The notes beneath the pieces were generated by a model that saw only the letters and a list, made by a program, of their open reading frames with translations, made no database searches and was not told the DNA's origin. DNA of 64,000 bases from Malacoraja senta (taxonomy: Eukaryota): assembly GCA_038087875.1 (NCBI GenBank), contig CM075987.1, forward strand, positions 27,778,001 through 27,842,000, written 5' to 3'. The stretch's first letter is position 1, and the number at the start of each line of letters is the position of its first letter. The position numbers and the translations under genes are program-made. Shown piece by piece: positions 50,123 to 63,502 of this stretch.

Positions 50123-51562
50123 TGTTTTAATTTCTATCCCTGAATGGTGTTTAAAATAGTTGTTCAACGATTTAAATCATTTTGCATTGTTTTAGATCTC
50201 CCTGCTCAATAGAAACATTTAACAGCAGTTCAAAGTTGTTTAACAGCAATGAGACAATAGGCAATAGGTGCAGGAGTAGGCCATTTGGCCCTTCGAGCCA
50301 GCTCCACCATTCAATGTGATCATGGCTGATCATCCACAATCAGTACCCCGTTCCTGCCTTCTCCCCATATCCCCTGACTCCGCTATCTTTAAGAGGCCTA
50401 TCTAGCTCTCTCTTGAAAGTATCCAGAGAACCGGCCTCCACCGCCCTCTGACTCACAACTCTCTGGATGAAAAAGCCATCAGGGCAGTCAAGCAGGACTT
50501 GGCCTCACTTTCCACCAGCTGCAACCGAGATGTTCTTGTGGCCTGTCCTCTTCACTCTGGGAAGCTGCATCAGTAACTCCAGCAAATTCGAGCAAATAGA
50601 ACTAACTTAGGTGGGGCATGGGAGAGTTAGGCCGAAAGGCCTGTAATTGTGCTGTGTGATTCTAAGACTCCAGAAGCTGCATCTCCAGTATCTGTACACT
50701 GTGGATGGCTTGATCGTTATCATGCATTGTCTTTCCGCAAAAGCTTTTCACTATACCTCGGTACACGTGACCATAAACTAAACTCAAACTCAAACTCAAA
50801 GCATTAACTGTTTCTCTTTCTACAAATGTTGCCTGACGTGCTGACTGTTCCTAGTATTTTTTCATGTTCATGCGTTGTAGGAGTAGAATTAGGCCATTCG
50901 GCCCATCAAATCTACTCTGCTGTTCAATCATGGCTGATCTATCTCTCCTTCCTAACCCCATTCTCCTGCCCTCTCCTCATAACCCCTGTCACCTGTACTA
51001 ATCAATAAAAAATACCAATTGATTGGACTTCACAACCGTCTGTAGCAATGAATTCCACAGATGCACCACCTTCTGACTAAAGAAATTCCTCCTCACCTAC
51101 TTTCTAAAGGCATGTCCTTTTATTCTGAGGTGGCTATGGCCTCTGGTCCTAGACTCTCCCACCAGTGGAAACATCCTCTCCACATCAACATGTTTTGTTT
51201 TCGTTTCTGGTGACTTAGTCCCAGATTATTATTTAATTCTCCTAACATATGGTGTTCACCCACCCTCTCTGTGCCCCTCCCTTGTCTCTTAGGTTTCGCT
51301 GCGTGCGTTCACTCTGAGGCTGCCCATCCTTTGCCTTTGCTGGTGAGGGCACACTTCATTGGCAGCCTGGGGGACAAGTGGTGGGAGAGGCAGGCTCCAA
51401 TCTGTCTCTGTTGTGTGCATGTAGAATAGAGGTGACACACTGGATCAACAGGTTCAGCAAGGCGTCACTTTATCCAGAGTGCTTGAGATTTTGTGCACCA
51501 ATCTACTCTTTGTATTATGTAGAAACAAGGAACTGCAGATGTTGGTTTACAAAAAAAGACAC

Positions 51563-51826
51563 AAAGTGCTGGAGTAACACAGCGGGTCAGGCAGCATCTG
51601 TGGAGAACATGGATAGGTGACGTTTCACAGAGTGCTGGAGTAACTCAGCAGGTCAGGCAGCATCTGTGGAGAACATGGATAGGTGACGTTTCACAGAGTG
51701 CTGGAGTAACTCAGTGGGTCAGGCAGCATCTCTGGAGAACATGGATAGGTGATGTTTCACAGAGTGCTGGAGTAACTCAGCGGGTCAGGCAGCATCTCTG
51801 GAGAACATGGATAGGTGACGTTTCGG
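51563..51826 (-). repeat. 66-bp tandem array of the Penelope terminal repeat (4 units)
   Basis: GAYGTTTC recurs at 51619, 51685, 51751 and 51817. Confidence 0.95.
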
Positions 51827-52989
51827 ATGGGGTCCCTTCTTCGGACCGCGGGGAGAGGAGGAGATGTTCTTCAAAATAGGCATATCATGAGATTTTGCGG
51901 TGGGGCAGTCAAAATGACGGAACAAGGAACTGCAGATGCTGGTTTATAAAAAAAGACACAAAGTGCTGGAGTAACTCAGCAGATCAAGCAGCATCCTTGG
52001 AGAACATGGATAGGTGACGTAGGTAAATGGAAGAAGGGTCCCGACCTGAAATATCATCTATCCATTTTCTCTACAGATGCTGCCTGACCTGCCGAGTTAC
52101 TCCAGCACTTTGTGTCTTTTTTCATAAACCAGTATATACCAATTTTTTCTCTCTTTGCATAATTACTGAATGCTTCTGGCATTACCATCAGGGAGTTAAC
52201 TGTTTACATGCTGGGCTTGTTATTTCTCACTGAGTTGTGTTCTCCTATTACCTACACAATGACTTACCTATCACCCCCCCACCATTCTTCAGCTTCATTG
52301 TCGATAATTCAGAAACCCACGCTCATGGTTCACCCTCTACCTGCAACAAACAACAAAGCGCAGGAGGAACTTAAATGTTTAAGAAAGAACTGCACATGCT
52401 GGAAAAATCGAAGGTAGACAAAAATGCTGGAGAAACTCAGCGGGTGAGGCAGCATCTATGGAGCGAAGGAATAGGTGACGTTTCGGGACGAGACCCTTCT
52501 TAAATAATATTTTTCTTACAACAAATGGATAATCTCCCATTTTCCCCACTGCAATGTTTTGAGCACTTGCTTTAGCTCGTTATATCACTTGTGTTGTCCT
52601 CACTGCTTACTTCCCCATTACGTTTGTATCATCAGCAAACGGGTGCTGCAGACTCATTCCCTTCATAAACACAAAGTGCTGGAGTAACTCAGTGGGACAG
52701 GCAGCATCTCTAGAGAGAAGGAATGGGTGACGTTTCGGATCGAGACCTTTCTTCAGAGGGTCAGGAGGAAGGCTCAGGGTAGAGGGAGATTAGAGATATG
52801 GAAGGGTAAGGTGTGAAAAGGAGAGATTAAAGGGGGTGAAGTCAAGGAAAATGTAGAATGTTTCATGGTGAGCTGAGGGGAATGTGACAAGGAGGGAAAT
52901 GTGACAAGGAGGCATCCAATCAGTAAAATGTAATCAGGAGGACAGTGAGGACGACTATTCGGAGAACTTGGATGGGAGAGCGATTGTCC

Positions 52990-53195
52990 GGGATGGTGGA
53001 AGAGGGAGTGACCGCTGTGAGTCTGGTCCTTGATTATGCTGCTGGCCTTGCCGAGACAGCATGACGTGTAGATCGAGTCAATGGAAGGGAGGTTGGTTTG
53101 TGTGATGGTCTGGCCTGCACGCACAATTCTCTGTAAACATCTTGTGGTCTTGGATAGAGCTGTTCGCAAACCATGCTGTGATCATCCCGATACGA
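52990..53195 (-). mobile_element. Rex1/Babar- or L2-type LINE C-terminal fragment; related pieces at about 4330-4440, 60100-60690 and 63845-64000
   Basis: LQRIVRA.QTITQTNLPSIDSIYTS.CLGKASSIIKD.TH.GHSLF motif. Confidence 0.7.
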
Positions 53196-53229
53196 CATGT
53201 AAAAATATCCAACATATTTCAGTATTAGT

Positions 53230-53502
53230 TCTCAGTTTTAGAGATACAGCATGGAAACATGCCCTTCAGCCTATCGAATCCATGCTGACCACCGCTCCCC
53301 ATACACTAGCACTTATCCTACACACTAGGGACAATTTACAATTTTACCAAAGCGAGTTACCCTACAAACCTGGACATCCTTGTAGTGTGGGAGAAAACCC
53401 ACGCGGTCACGGGGAGAACGTACAAACTCCGTACAGACGCACCCATAGTCGGGATCAAACCCGGGTCTCTGGCGCTGTGAGGCAGCAACTCTACCGCTGC
53501 CC
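53230..53502 (-). mobile_element. tRNA-derived V-SINE
   Basis: Reverse complement of the family at 22561; a further copy lies at about 60840-61120. Confidence 0.8.
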
Positions 53503-54014
53503 ATTGAATTAGGTTAATGCGTTAAGTGGGGCAAGACATGATAAGCAAGCTCAAATTTGTGAAAAAAACATTAAAATCCTTATTGGTTTCCTCCTTACTA
53601 TAGAGTCTTGTTACCACCCATTGTGGGTGTCAGAGTGAATGTCGCTGTTTGCTGAACTGTTGTAGCATCAAATGAATGTGAGGACTAGCCCTAATTAGAT
53701 CACGGAATCTGCTGAATAACAACCTTCCCAATGAGATGTTTGAGATAAGTATCCATCCACGCAGGCTGCCTGGGGCACATACCATCCAGTTTGATGCTGT
53801 GAATGGCTGAGACTCATTGCACTTTCAAGGAGGATAACCTCAAGTGGTTACTGAACAGAATGAGTATTTGTACGGGATAGAATTTATAAATAGTATGTGC
53901 GCGTATTCAATCGCTCTCTGATCATGGGGGTGCTGCTATTTTATGCTTTGTACATGATTTCCTGCCTGAATCTGGCCTTAACGTACCCACTTAATTATGA
54001 CTCAGATCAGGACA

Positions 54015-54450
54015 ATCACTGGGCCTGTAGTCGCTGGAGTTTGGAAGGATGAGGGGACACTTCATTGAAACGTATTGAATAGTGAAAGGCCAGGATAGAG
54101 TGACTGTGGAAAGGATGTTTCCACTAGTGGCAGAGTCTAGGACCAGAGGCCAAAGCCTCAGACTGAGAGGACAAACCTCTAGAAGGGAGAGGAGAAGAAA
54201 TTTCTTTTTGTCAGAGGGTGGTGAATCTGTGGCATTCATTGCCACGGACGACTGTGGAGGCCAAGTCAGTGGTTATTTTTGAGGCTGAGATTGATAGATT
54301 TTTGACTAGAACGGGTGTCAGGGGTTATGGGGAGAAAGCAGGAAAATGGGGTTGAGAGAGAAAGATAGATCAGCCATGATTTAATGGTGGAGTACACTTG
54401 ATGGGCCGAATGGCCTTTTTCTGTTCCTAAAAAGTTATGAACTTATGACA
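54015..54450 (+). mobile_element. CR1 3' fragment; similar pieces at about 20478-20860, 42215-42565, 50875-51185, 54735-55028, 55715-55930, 58690-59155 and 61235-61785
   Basis: ERMFPLVAESRTRGQSLR...RNFF motif and conserved tail. Confidence 0.85.
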
Positions 54451-56483
54451 GCACACAAAGAAAATCTCATACAGCAGGGTAACATTTAGAACGTAAAATC
54501 TAGAACAGTACAGCACGGGAATAGGCCCTTCAGCTCACAATGTCCGTGCCCAACATGATGCCAAGTTAAACCAATTTCCTCTGCCTGCACGTGATCCACA
54601 TCGCTCCATTTCTCGAACAAATCAGGTTATTAAGGCCTTATTGACGTACATACTGGAAAGTACCCGAGAGAGAGCTAAAAAATATGCTGTTTGCCAGAAA
54701 TCTTCCAGAACTTTCCAGTATTTGTGTTACAATAGTTATAGAGTGATACAGCATAGGAATAGGCCCAATAGCGCAAGTTGCCCACACCGACCAACATGTC
54801 CCAGCTACACTAGTCTGCGTTTGGCCCATATCCCTCTAAACCTGTCCTATCCATATACCTGTCCAAATATTACTTAAACGTTGCGATAGTCCCAGCCTCA
54901 ACTACCTCCTCCGGCAACTCGTTCCATACACCCACCACCCTCTGTGTGAAAAAGTTACCCCTCGGATTCCTATTAAATTTTCTCCCTTCACCTTGAACCT
55001 ATGTCCTCTGGTCCTCGATTTCCCTACTAACATTGACTATTTTCTTCTGATTTCTGTGTATTCCTTCATCGCTGCTGCCTGCTGCTCTCTAGATAAAGGA
55101 ACGGAGATGAAACACCTTCCCTGTGAGCAAGGAGATTTTGTGACATAAAATGAGCCCAAGGCCCGGAGCTGAGTGACGATGAAGAAGTGGCTGAGATATG
55201 CAGCCTTGGGGCAGCTCTGCCTCCCGATAGTGGCTGAGATAAATGACCAGCTTGGAGAGGTTTAACTGCCAGGTGGCACAACAGTAGAGTTGCTGCCTCA
55301 CAGCGCCAGAGGTCCAGGTTCAATCCCGACTATGATATGGGCCAAGCTTGGAGAGCTAGGACTGGTGTAGATGGAGCATGTTTGTCGCATGGGCAAGTTG
55401 GGCCGAAGGGCCTGTTTCCACACTGTCTCTGTGACTCTATGATAGATTCCTGGTGAGTTTACCATGAAGGGTGTGTAAGAGATGCCCTTTGTGAGTTTTC
55501 CACTCACCCTCCCACAGCTGTTCAAGGCACCAATTGGCAGATGTCTCAGCCTTCTCCCCATGTCATCTCTCTTAGGTCTTGCCCCAAGAACAACAACGAT
55601 CTGGTTGCAAATATGTAAGATCACAGATGGCTGGAGATGTAGCCGTTAAGAGGAGATGAATTAACCGATTTATTTTTGAAGAGATCGTAGTTTAAGTCGA
55701 AGGGGAAAACGGATTTAATATGAATCTTTTTCACACAAAGGGTGGTGGGTGTATGGAACGAGCTGCCAGGGGAGGTAGTTGAGGCAGGGACTATCGCTAC
55801 GTTTGAGAATCATTTAGACAGGCACATGAATAGGACAGGTTTAGAGGGAAATGGGCCAAACGCAGGCAGGTGGGACTAGTGTAGATGGGGCATGTTGGGC
55901 CGAAGGGCCTGTTTCCGCACGGTATCACTGTGACTGGGAGATGTTTCGGATGTTCATTGGTAATATCAAACCTCGTGGACTGACGGGTAACCCGGAGCCG
56001 CGAGTTCTCTGTGAAGCAAAGGTACAAAATGCTGGAGTAACATAGCGGGAAAGGCTGCATCTGTGAATGAAGGGAAGGAATGGGTGAAGAAGCTTCGGAA
56101 AGGTCTGAATTCAGACAGTCTGAAGAAGAGTCTCGACCCGATACATCACCCATTCCTTCTCTCCAGAGATGCTGCCTGTCCCGCTGAGTTACTCCAGCTT
56201 TTTGTGTCTATCTTCGGTGTAAACCAGCACCTGCAGTTCCTTCCCACACATCTCTGTGAAGGGAGTTTGGACGTCTTGGAGGGGTTATTAACACAAATAG
56301 TCTTCCATTAAATCAGGACAGACAGACCCTTGCTTTATTCGTACAGGACCAGCTGAGGGTTTAAGAGTGAGGACCTCGCTAGATCTCTCGTTACTTTTCC
56401 ACCCATCAGGACGGAGGGTGCGTGTGAGTAAAATGTCCAGGCTGGGCGCGCCTCGGTATTTCCTGTATTACTCGCCCGCCATG

Positions 56484-56773
56484 TCCTCTCCCTCTCTCTC
56501 ATCCCCTCCCTCTCTCCCACTCCCCCCCCCTCCCTCTCTCCCACTCCCCCCCCTCCCTCTCCCCATCTCTCTCTCTCCCTCCCCCCCTCCCTCCCCTCCC
56601 TCTTCCCCCCTCCCCTCTCCCCATCTCTCTCTCCCTCTCTCCCTCTCTCTCTCTCCACCCACTTCTCTTCCTCTCCACCTGCCTTTCAACCTCCCTCCCC
56701 CCACCCACTCACCTCTACAGTTTCCGCGTTCACCTGTTACCGGCCGCTCCGCCCTCTCTCTCCCCCTCCCCCT

Positions 56774-56814
<41 letters not shown>

Positions 56815-56903
56815 TCTGTCTCTCTCTCCATCTCTGTCTCTCTCTCCATCTCTGTCTCTCTCTCTCCCTCTCTCCCTCTCTCCCACTCTCCCTCTCTCTG
56901 CCC
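56484..56903. repeat. ~420 bp polypyrimidine/(CT)n low-complexity tract inside a CpG-rich promoter region
   Basis: Read directly from the sequence. Confidence 0.95.
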
Positions 56904-56905
56904 CC

Positions 56906-57076
56906 ATGTCCGAGCCCGGACCCGCTGCCCCCACCTGCCCGGCCGCTGGAGTCCAGGATGGGGATCGCGATGCCGCAGGGAGCGGCGCCTGTCCCATCCA
57001 CGGAGCCCCGACCGGCAGCGAACAGCTCGGCACCGGCACCGGCACCGGCACCGGGCAGGCGGCGGAGCGCATGAGG
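56906..57076 (+). CDS. BSPRY: Probable BSPRY first coding exon: MSEPGPAAPTC...GACPIHGAPTGSEQLGTGTGTGTGQAAERMR
   Basis: CpG-rich exon, 57 codons, ending in AGG/GTGAGT at phase 0. EPGP, CPIHG and AERMR resemble human BSPRY EPGP, CPEHG and AEELR as recalled. BSPRY is the divergent neighbour of WDR31 in human. No downstream exon was found in the window. Confidence 0.6.
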
Positions 57077-57424
57077 GTGAGTGTGAGTGGAGGGGGCAGG
57101 TGTGGGCACAGAGAGGGCAGGGCAACAGGCAACAGGTGCAGAGTGTTGGGTTTGGGTACAGCGACAGTGTAGTACAGGTAGCAGGTATGACTGTGGGACA
57201 GGGAGCAGGTACAGTGACACTGTTACACACAACAGGTACCAAGACCACCCCCCACCCTCCGGTACAGGTGAGGGGTACCAGGATAATGGGGCAGAGGCTG
57301 AATGGGGTGGAGCGGGATTAGGGTTCAAGTATCGGGGCCAGGTACATTGGGTACAGGGGGACTGGGATACAGGGTACAGGGAGCAATGTACACGGAAGGT
57401 TCAGGGCATCGGTTACAGGGAAAT

Positions 57425-58360
57425 ATAGACAATAGATGCAGGAGCAGGCCATTCGGCCCTTCGAGCCAGCACCGCCATTCAATGTGATCATGACTGATCA
57501 TCCCCAATCAGTACCCCGTTCCTGCCTTCTCTCCATATCCCTGACTCTGCTATTTTTAAGAGCCCTATCTAGCTCTCTCTCGAAAGCATCCAGAGAACTG
57601 GCCTCCACCGCCCTCTGAGGCAGAGAATTCCACAGACTCACAACTCTCTGTGAGAAAAAGTGTTTCCTGGTCTCCGTTCTAAATGCCTTACCCCTTATTC
57701 TTAAACTGTGGCCCCTGGTTCTGGACTCCCCCAACATCGGGAACATGTTTCCTGCCTCTAGCGTGTCCCAACCCTTAACAATCTTATATGTTTTAATAAG
57801 ATCCCTTCTCATCCTTCTAAACTCCAGAGTGTACAAGCCCAGCTGCTCCATTCTCTCAGCATATGACAGTCCCACCATCCCGGGAATTAACCTTGTAAAC
57901 CTATGCTGCACTCCCTCAATAGCAAGAATGTCCTTCCTCAAATTAGGGGACCAAAACTGCACACAATACTCCAGGTGTGGTCTCACTAGGGCCCTGTACA
58001 ACTGCAGAAGGACCTCTTTGCTCCTATACTTGACTCCTCTTGTTATAACGGCCAACATGCCATTTGCTTTCTTCACTGCCTGCTGTACCTGCATGCTTAC
58101 TTTCATAGACTGATGAACAAGGACCCTCAGATCCGGTTGTACTTCCCCTTTTCCCAACTTGACGCCATTTAGATAGTATTCTGCCTTCCTGTTTTTTATA
58201 CCAAAGTGGATAACCTCACATTTATCCACATTAAACTTCATCTGCCATGCATCTGCCCACTCCCCCGACTTGTCCAAGTCACCCTGCATTCTCATAGCAT
58301 CCTCCTCACAGTTCACACTGCCACCCAGCTTTGTGTCATCTGCAAATTTGCTAATGTTGC
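57425..58360 (-). mobile_element. 5'-truncated CR1 LINE (RT C-terminus still open)
   Basis: NISKFADDTKLGG...RRMRRDLI...FSQRVVSLWNSLP. Confidence 0.93.
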
Positions 58361-59567
58361 TTTGAAATTTAGAGAGTACCAGGGGAAGTGGGGGCATCAA
58401 GAGAAGAGTGTGCAGGCATTCAGGCAGAGGTCTGAAGGCAGAGGGAGTGCACGGGCGTCTCAGCCTATTTTTGGAAACTGCAACTGCATGAACCTGTTCT
58501 CAGGAGAAAGGTTAAAAATGTACACCGTGTGTTCAACCTCAGTTGTGAAACGTGACTCCTGGATCGACAGGAGTTGCTTTGGGAATGATCAGTGCTTTTG
58601 GTCCTTGTAGAACCTAAATCAGGTCACGCTGGTAAACACTGCCATTCTTCAGCTCTGTCCCCTCCCCTCCCCCCTCCCCCCAGCCTCTCAACAGAGAAGA
58701 TTTACGAGGATGTTTCCAGGACTCGAGGCCCTGAGCTATAGGGAGAGGTTGAGTAGGCTGGGACTCTATTCCTTAGAGCGCAGGAGGATGAGGGGGGATC
58801 TTATAGAGGTGTATAAAATCATGAGAGGAATAGATCGGATGGATGCACAGAGTCTCTTGCCCAGAGTGGGGGAATTGAGAACCAGAGGACATAGGTTTAA
58901 GGTGAAGGGGGAAAGATTTAATAGTAATCTGAGGGGTAACATTTTCACGCAAAGGGTGGTGGGTGTATGGAACGAGCTGCCAGAGGAGGTAGTTGAGGCA
59001 GGTACTATCTCAACAGTTAGGAAGCAATTAGGTACAGGACACGTTTAGAGGGATATGGACCAAACGCAGGCAGGTGGGATTAGTGTAGATGGGACATGTA
59101 TGTCGGTGTAAGCAAGTTGGGCTGAGGCCCTGTTTCCACACTGTATCACTCTATGACGCTCTCCCTGAAGCTGGCATTGGTGTGTGAGTTGGTTCTGAGC
59201 CCTGAACTGATTGATGATGCATCTGTGGCACTGGGAGCAGAGCGTTCAAACGAGACGTTTCTGGGCTAGACTGGGATGTGCAGCTCACTAACTGCTCATT
59301 TGACCAATGGTTCTCTGTCAGTATCTATATTAGTCTTCTCCCAATCTATTTCATCTCATGAAAGGACACAAAGTACTGGAGTAGTTTAGTTCAGTTTAGT
59401 TTATTGTCACGTGTACTGAGGGACAGTGAAAAGCTTTTGTTATGTGCTAACCAGTCAGCGGAAAGACAATACATGATTACAATTGAACTGTCCACAGTGT
59501 ACTGAGTAATTCAGCTGGTCAGGCAGCATCTCTGGAGAACATGGATTGGACACGTTTCAGATCCAGT

Positions 59568-59595
59568 CTGAAGAAGGGTCTAGACCCGAAACGTC
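59568..59595 (+). ncRNA. Minimal hammerhead ribozyme motif, intact core
   Basis: CTGAAGAAGGGTCTAGACCCGAAACGTC. Confidence 0.68.
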
Positions 59596-61334
59596 ACCGA
59601 ATCCATGTTCTCCAGAGATGCTGCCTGACCTGCTGAGTTAATCCAGCACTTTGTGTCCTTTTGCGTATTAACCGGCATCTGTAGTTCCTTGTTTCTACTA
59701 TTTCATTCCATTCTTTTTGTCTATCTTTTTTGAAAGATGGGATCCTCTAGGCTGCAGAAATAGCAGGTCTGGGAAACCGATAAACCAGCTTAAAAACCAG
59801 TTGCTCTGTGCAGCAATCTCCACCCAAGGTCCTCGAGGCAAAGGGGAGGACTCCTGGATAGAGAGACCTCCACAGGCAATCAACCTCACTGCTGGGGCCT
59901 CATCGCCTTTACACAGTATGAATAAAGAACTGCAGATGCCGGTTAATACACAAAAGGACACAAAGTGCTGGAGTAACTCAACGGGTCAGGCAGCATCCCC
60001 GGAGAACATGGATAAGTGACCTTTCGGGTCGAGACCTTTCTTCAGACTCACAGGGTCTTCAGAAGAAAGGTCTCAATCTAAAACATCACCTATTTTTAGT
60101 TTCCATGAATTTAGTTTAATGTCACGTGTTCTTAGGTAAAGTGAAAAGCTTTTGTTGCGTGCTAACCAGTCAGTGGAAAGACAATATATGATTATAATCG
60201 AGCCGTCCACAGTGTACAGATAAGGAAATAACGCTTAGTACAAGGTCCACCAAAGATAGTCCAAGTTACCAACGAGGTAGATAATAGTTCAGGACCGCTC
60301 TTTAGTTATGGAAGGATGGTTCATTTGCCTGATAACCAGCTGGGAAGGAACTGTCCCTGAATCTGGTGTGCATTTTCATACTTCTATATCTTTTTCCTGA
60401 TGGGAGAAGAGGGAGTGGCCGGTTAGACTGGTCCTTGATTATGCTGCTGGCCTTGCCGAGGCAGCGTGACATGACATGTGACATGAGCGTGAGGTGTAAA
60501 TGGAGTCAATGGAAGGGAGGTTGGTTTGTGTGACGGTCTGGGCTGCGTCCACAATTCGCTGCAATTTCTTGCGGTCTTGGATGGAGCTGTTCCCAAACCG
60601 CGCTGTGATGCATCCTGATAAAATGCTTTATACGGCGCATCTGTGGAAGTTGGTGAGAGTTGTTCGGGACATGCCGAACTTCCTAAGCCCGCCCACTGTA
60701 AGCTTTTACAATGTGTTGAAAATAAGATGTTAAAAATTGTTTGACATATTTGGAATAGTTTCTTGGAACACTGTTGTTGAGCCAACAAGTGAACATTTTT
60801 AGATCTGGACATGAAGAATTAGTTAATTTAGAAAAACAATGTGGAATCAGGTCTTTCGGCCTACCAAGTCTACGCCACCTATTTATCGTCCGTACACAAG
60901 TTCTATCCTACCCATTAGGGACAATTTACAGAAGCCAAGTAATCTACAAACCTGTACGTCTTTGGGATATGGGAGGAAACCGGAGCACCCGGAGAAAACC
61001 CACGCGGTCACAGGAAGAACGTACAAACTCTATACAGACAGCACCTGTAGTCAGGATCGACCCCGGGTCTCTGGCGCTGCAAGCGCTGTAAGGCAGCAAC
61101 TCTACCGCTGGGTCACCGTGTCAACGGTACATGTCACTGATGATGCTGTCAGGAGACATTTACTGACCAGTGACCACCTTGGGTTTCCACTTGGCTCCAT
61201 CTTCATCAGCCTTGGTCTGGCCAAAGGCCAAAGGACTTGGATGTGGAGAGGATGTTTCCACTAGTAGGTGAGTCTAGGACGAGAGGTTATAGCCGCAGAA
61301 TTAAAGGACATTGCTTTAGAAAGGAGATGAGGAG

Positions 61335-61534
61335 NNNNNNNNNNNNNNNNNNNNNNNNNNNNNNNNNNNNNNNNNNNNNNNNNNNNNNNNNNNNNNNNNN
61401 NNNNNNNNNNNNNNNNNNNNNNNNNNNNNNNNNNNNNNNNNNNNNNNNNNNNNNNNNNNNNNNNNNNNNNNNNNNNNNNNNNNNNNNNNNNNNNNNNNNN
61501 NNNNNNNNNNNNNNNNNNNNNNNNNNNNNNNNNN
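61335..61534. other. Assembly gap, 200 N
   Basis: Read directly from the sequence. Confidence 1.
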
Positions 61535-62515
61535 AGATGAGGAGGAATTCCTTTAGTGCTGAATTTGTGGAATTCTTTGCCACAGAAGACTGCAGAGGTC
61601 AAGTCAGTGGATATTTTTAAGGCAGAGATGGATAGGTTCTTGATTAGTACAGGTGTCAGAGGTTATGGGGAGAAGTCAGGGGAATGGGGTTAGGAGGGAG
61701 AGAGAGAGATCGACCATGATTGAATGGCAGAGCAGAGTTGATGGGCCGAATAGCCTAATTCTACTCCTATCACATGACTTATGACTGAATTGTAGAGATA
61801 AGGCGTGAGTGACTGACCTCGGCGTTCAGATGATGGAATGCGGCATCAGTTGTATGTTGACGGAGTTTGAACGTTTTCCCTGTGACCCCATGGTTTTCTC
61901 CGGGTACTCCGGCTTCCTCCCACACCCCAAAGAGGTGCAGGATTGCTGTAAATTGTCCCTGGTGTGTGTGGGATCACGCTAATGTATGGGCTGATCACCG
62001 GTCAGTGTTGACTCGGTGGGCAGAAGGGTCTGTTTCCGCACTATATCTCCAAACTAAACTAAACTTTTAAGTAAGTCAGGTCGTACATAAGTTGGAGCCA
62101 CCATCGTCATCCCATGAGTGAACTGACTCACTGAGAGTATTAACCATCTCAGAGGCGTCTGGCTGCATATAGGGCACTTTCTGCAGGGCCTGACCTTCTG
62201 GGTAAGCACCACCGCCATTGCAGGCTTGTTTCCAGCCAGTAGACGTACAAAGGGTCTCCATAAACATTTACTGATCTCTTCCTTTTTACAGAACTGTCGA
62301 AGGTTTCACATCCCTTTTTATGTTTCATGATCAGTTACTCTTGTAATCTACCTTCCCTTTTCCTTGTCAATATTTGCTCCCCCTTTGCTGAATTCTGAAA
62401 TAATCTCAATCCTCAGCCCTTGTGCCATTTCCCTCCAGCTGAACACCAGCTTTAACCTGTTCATGACAACAGCTAGACAACTTCTCCCTCTGTGCTTGTG
62501 TGCCTCAAAGTAATA

Positions 62516-62543
62516 CTGAAGAAGGGCCTCTACCCGAAACGTC
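62516..62543 (+). ncRNA. Minimal hammerhead ribozyme motif, core intact, stem II weakened
   Basis: CTGAAGAAGGGCCTCTACCCGAAACGTC. Confidence 0.55.
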
Positions 62544-63502
62544 ACCCATTCCTTCTCTCCAGGGATGCTGCCTGTCCCGCTGAGTTACTCCAGCTTTTTG
62601 TGTCTATCTTCGGTTTAAACCAGCATCTGCAGTTCCTTTCTACACACTTAAAGTAATACATGTTTGTCGTAAACTTTAGTTTAGTTTAGAGTTACAGCGT
62701 GGAAACAGGCCATTCGGCCCACCGAGTCCATGCAGACCAGCGATCCCCGCACACTAACATTATCTCCTAAGGACACTAGGAACAATTTATTCTTTAAATA
62801 TTAGTCATTGCTTATTTACTATTGGATCTTTTATGAAGTTTCCCAATGTACCAGTGACTCCTGGCTTCATCCTATTATAGTTGTGAATAATCCAAATCCT
62901 TAAATTGCCTCCTGAATATTACAAATGAAATAATATATAATCAGTCTGAAGAAAGGTCCCAACCCGAAATATTATCTATGCATGTTCTCCAGTGATGCTG
63001 CCTGACCCGTTGATTTACTCCAGCACATTGTGTCTGTCTTTGGCATGAACCAGCATCTGCAGTTCCTTCTTACAACGTAGGGTGGATCTGTATAGTGGTT
63101 TGCCCAGACTATTTCCAGATTAAAGTCTCCAATGATTTAAATTATGCCCTCTATGTAACTTTTATTAGTTCTTCCTGAGCACAATCAAAAGGGGAAGTTT
63201 TCTAACAACTACTGTATATAAATAATTAAAGTTGGAATTTGCTTCCAGTAGAACTGTGAAATGGATGTTGTAATTATTCTTAATCAGTTGGCAATACCTG
63301 GTTTAGGTTTGATGTATTATAGTCACATATACCCAGATACAGAGAAAAGGGTTAATTTGCAGGCTGTCAAAACAAATCAGATAAGTTTGTTAAATCAGTT
63401 TGATGATGGGTCTCGACCTGAAACGTCACCCATTCCATTTGTCCAGAGATGCTGCCGGTCCCGCTGAGTTACTCCAGCTTTTTGTGTCTATTTTCAGATA
63501 AT

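Noticed and set aside
47357..51826. CRISPR-like arrays
   Set aside because: The units are near-identical with no unique spacers, the context is eukaryotic, and they derive from the Penelope terminal repeat.
56335..57328. Glu/Arg/Gly-rich and Pro/Ser/Leu-rich ORFs
   Set aside because: They are low-complexity translations of the C/T tract or antisense frames of the BSPRY-like exon.
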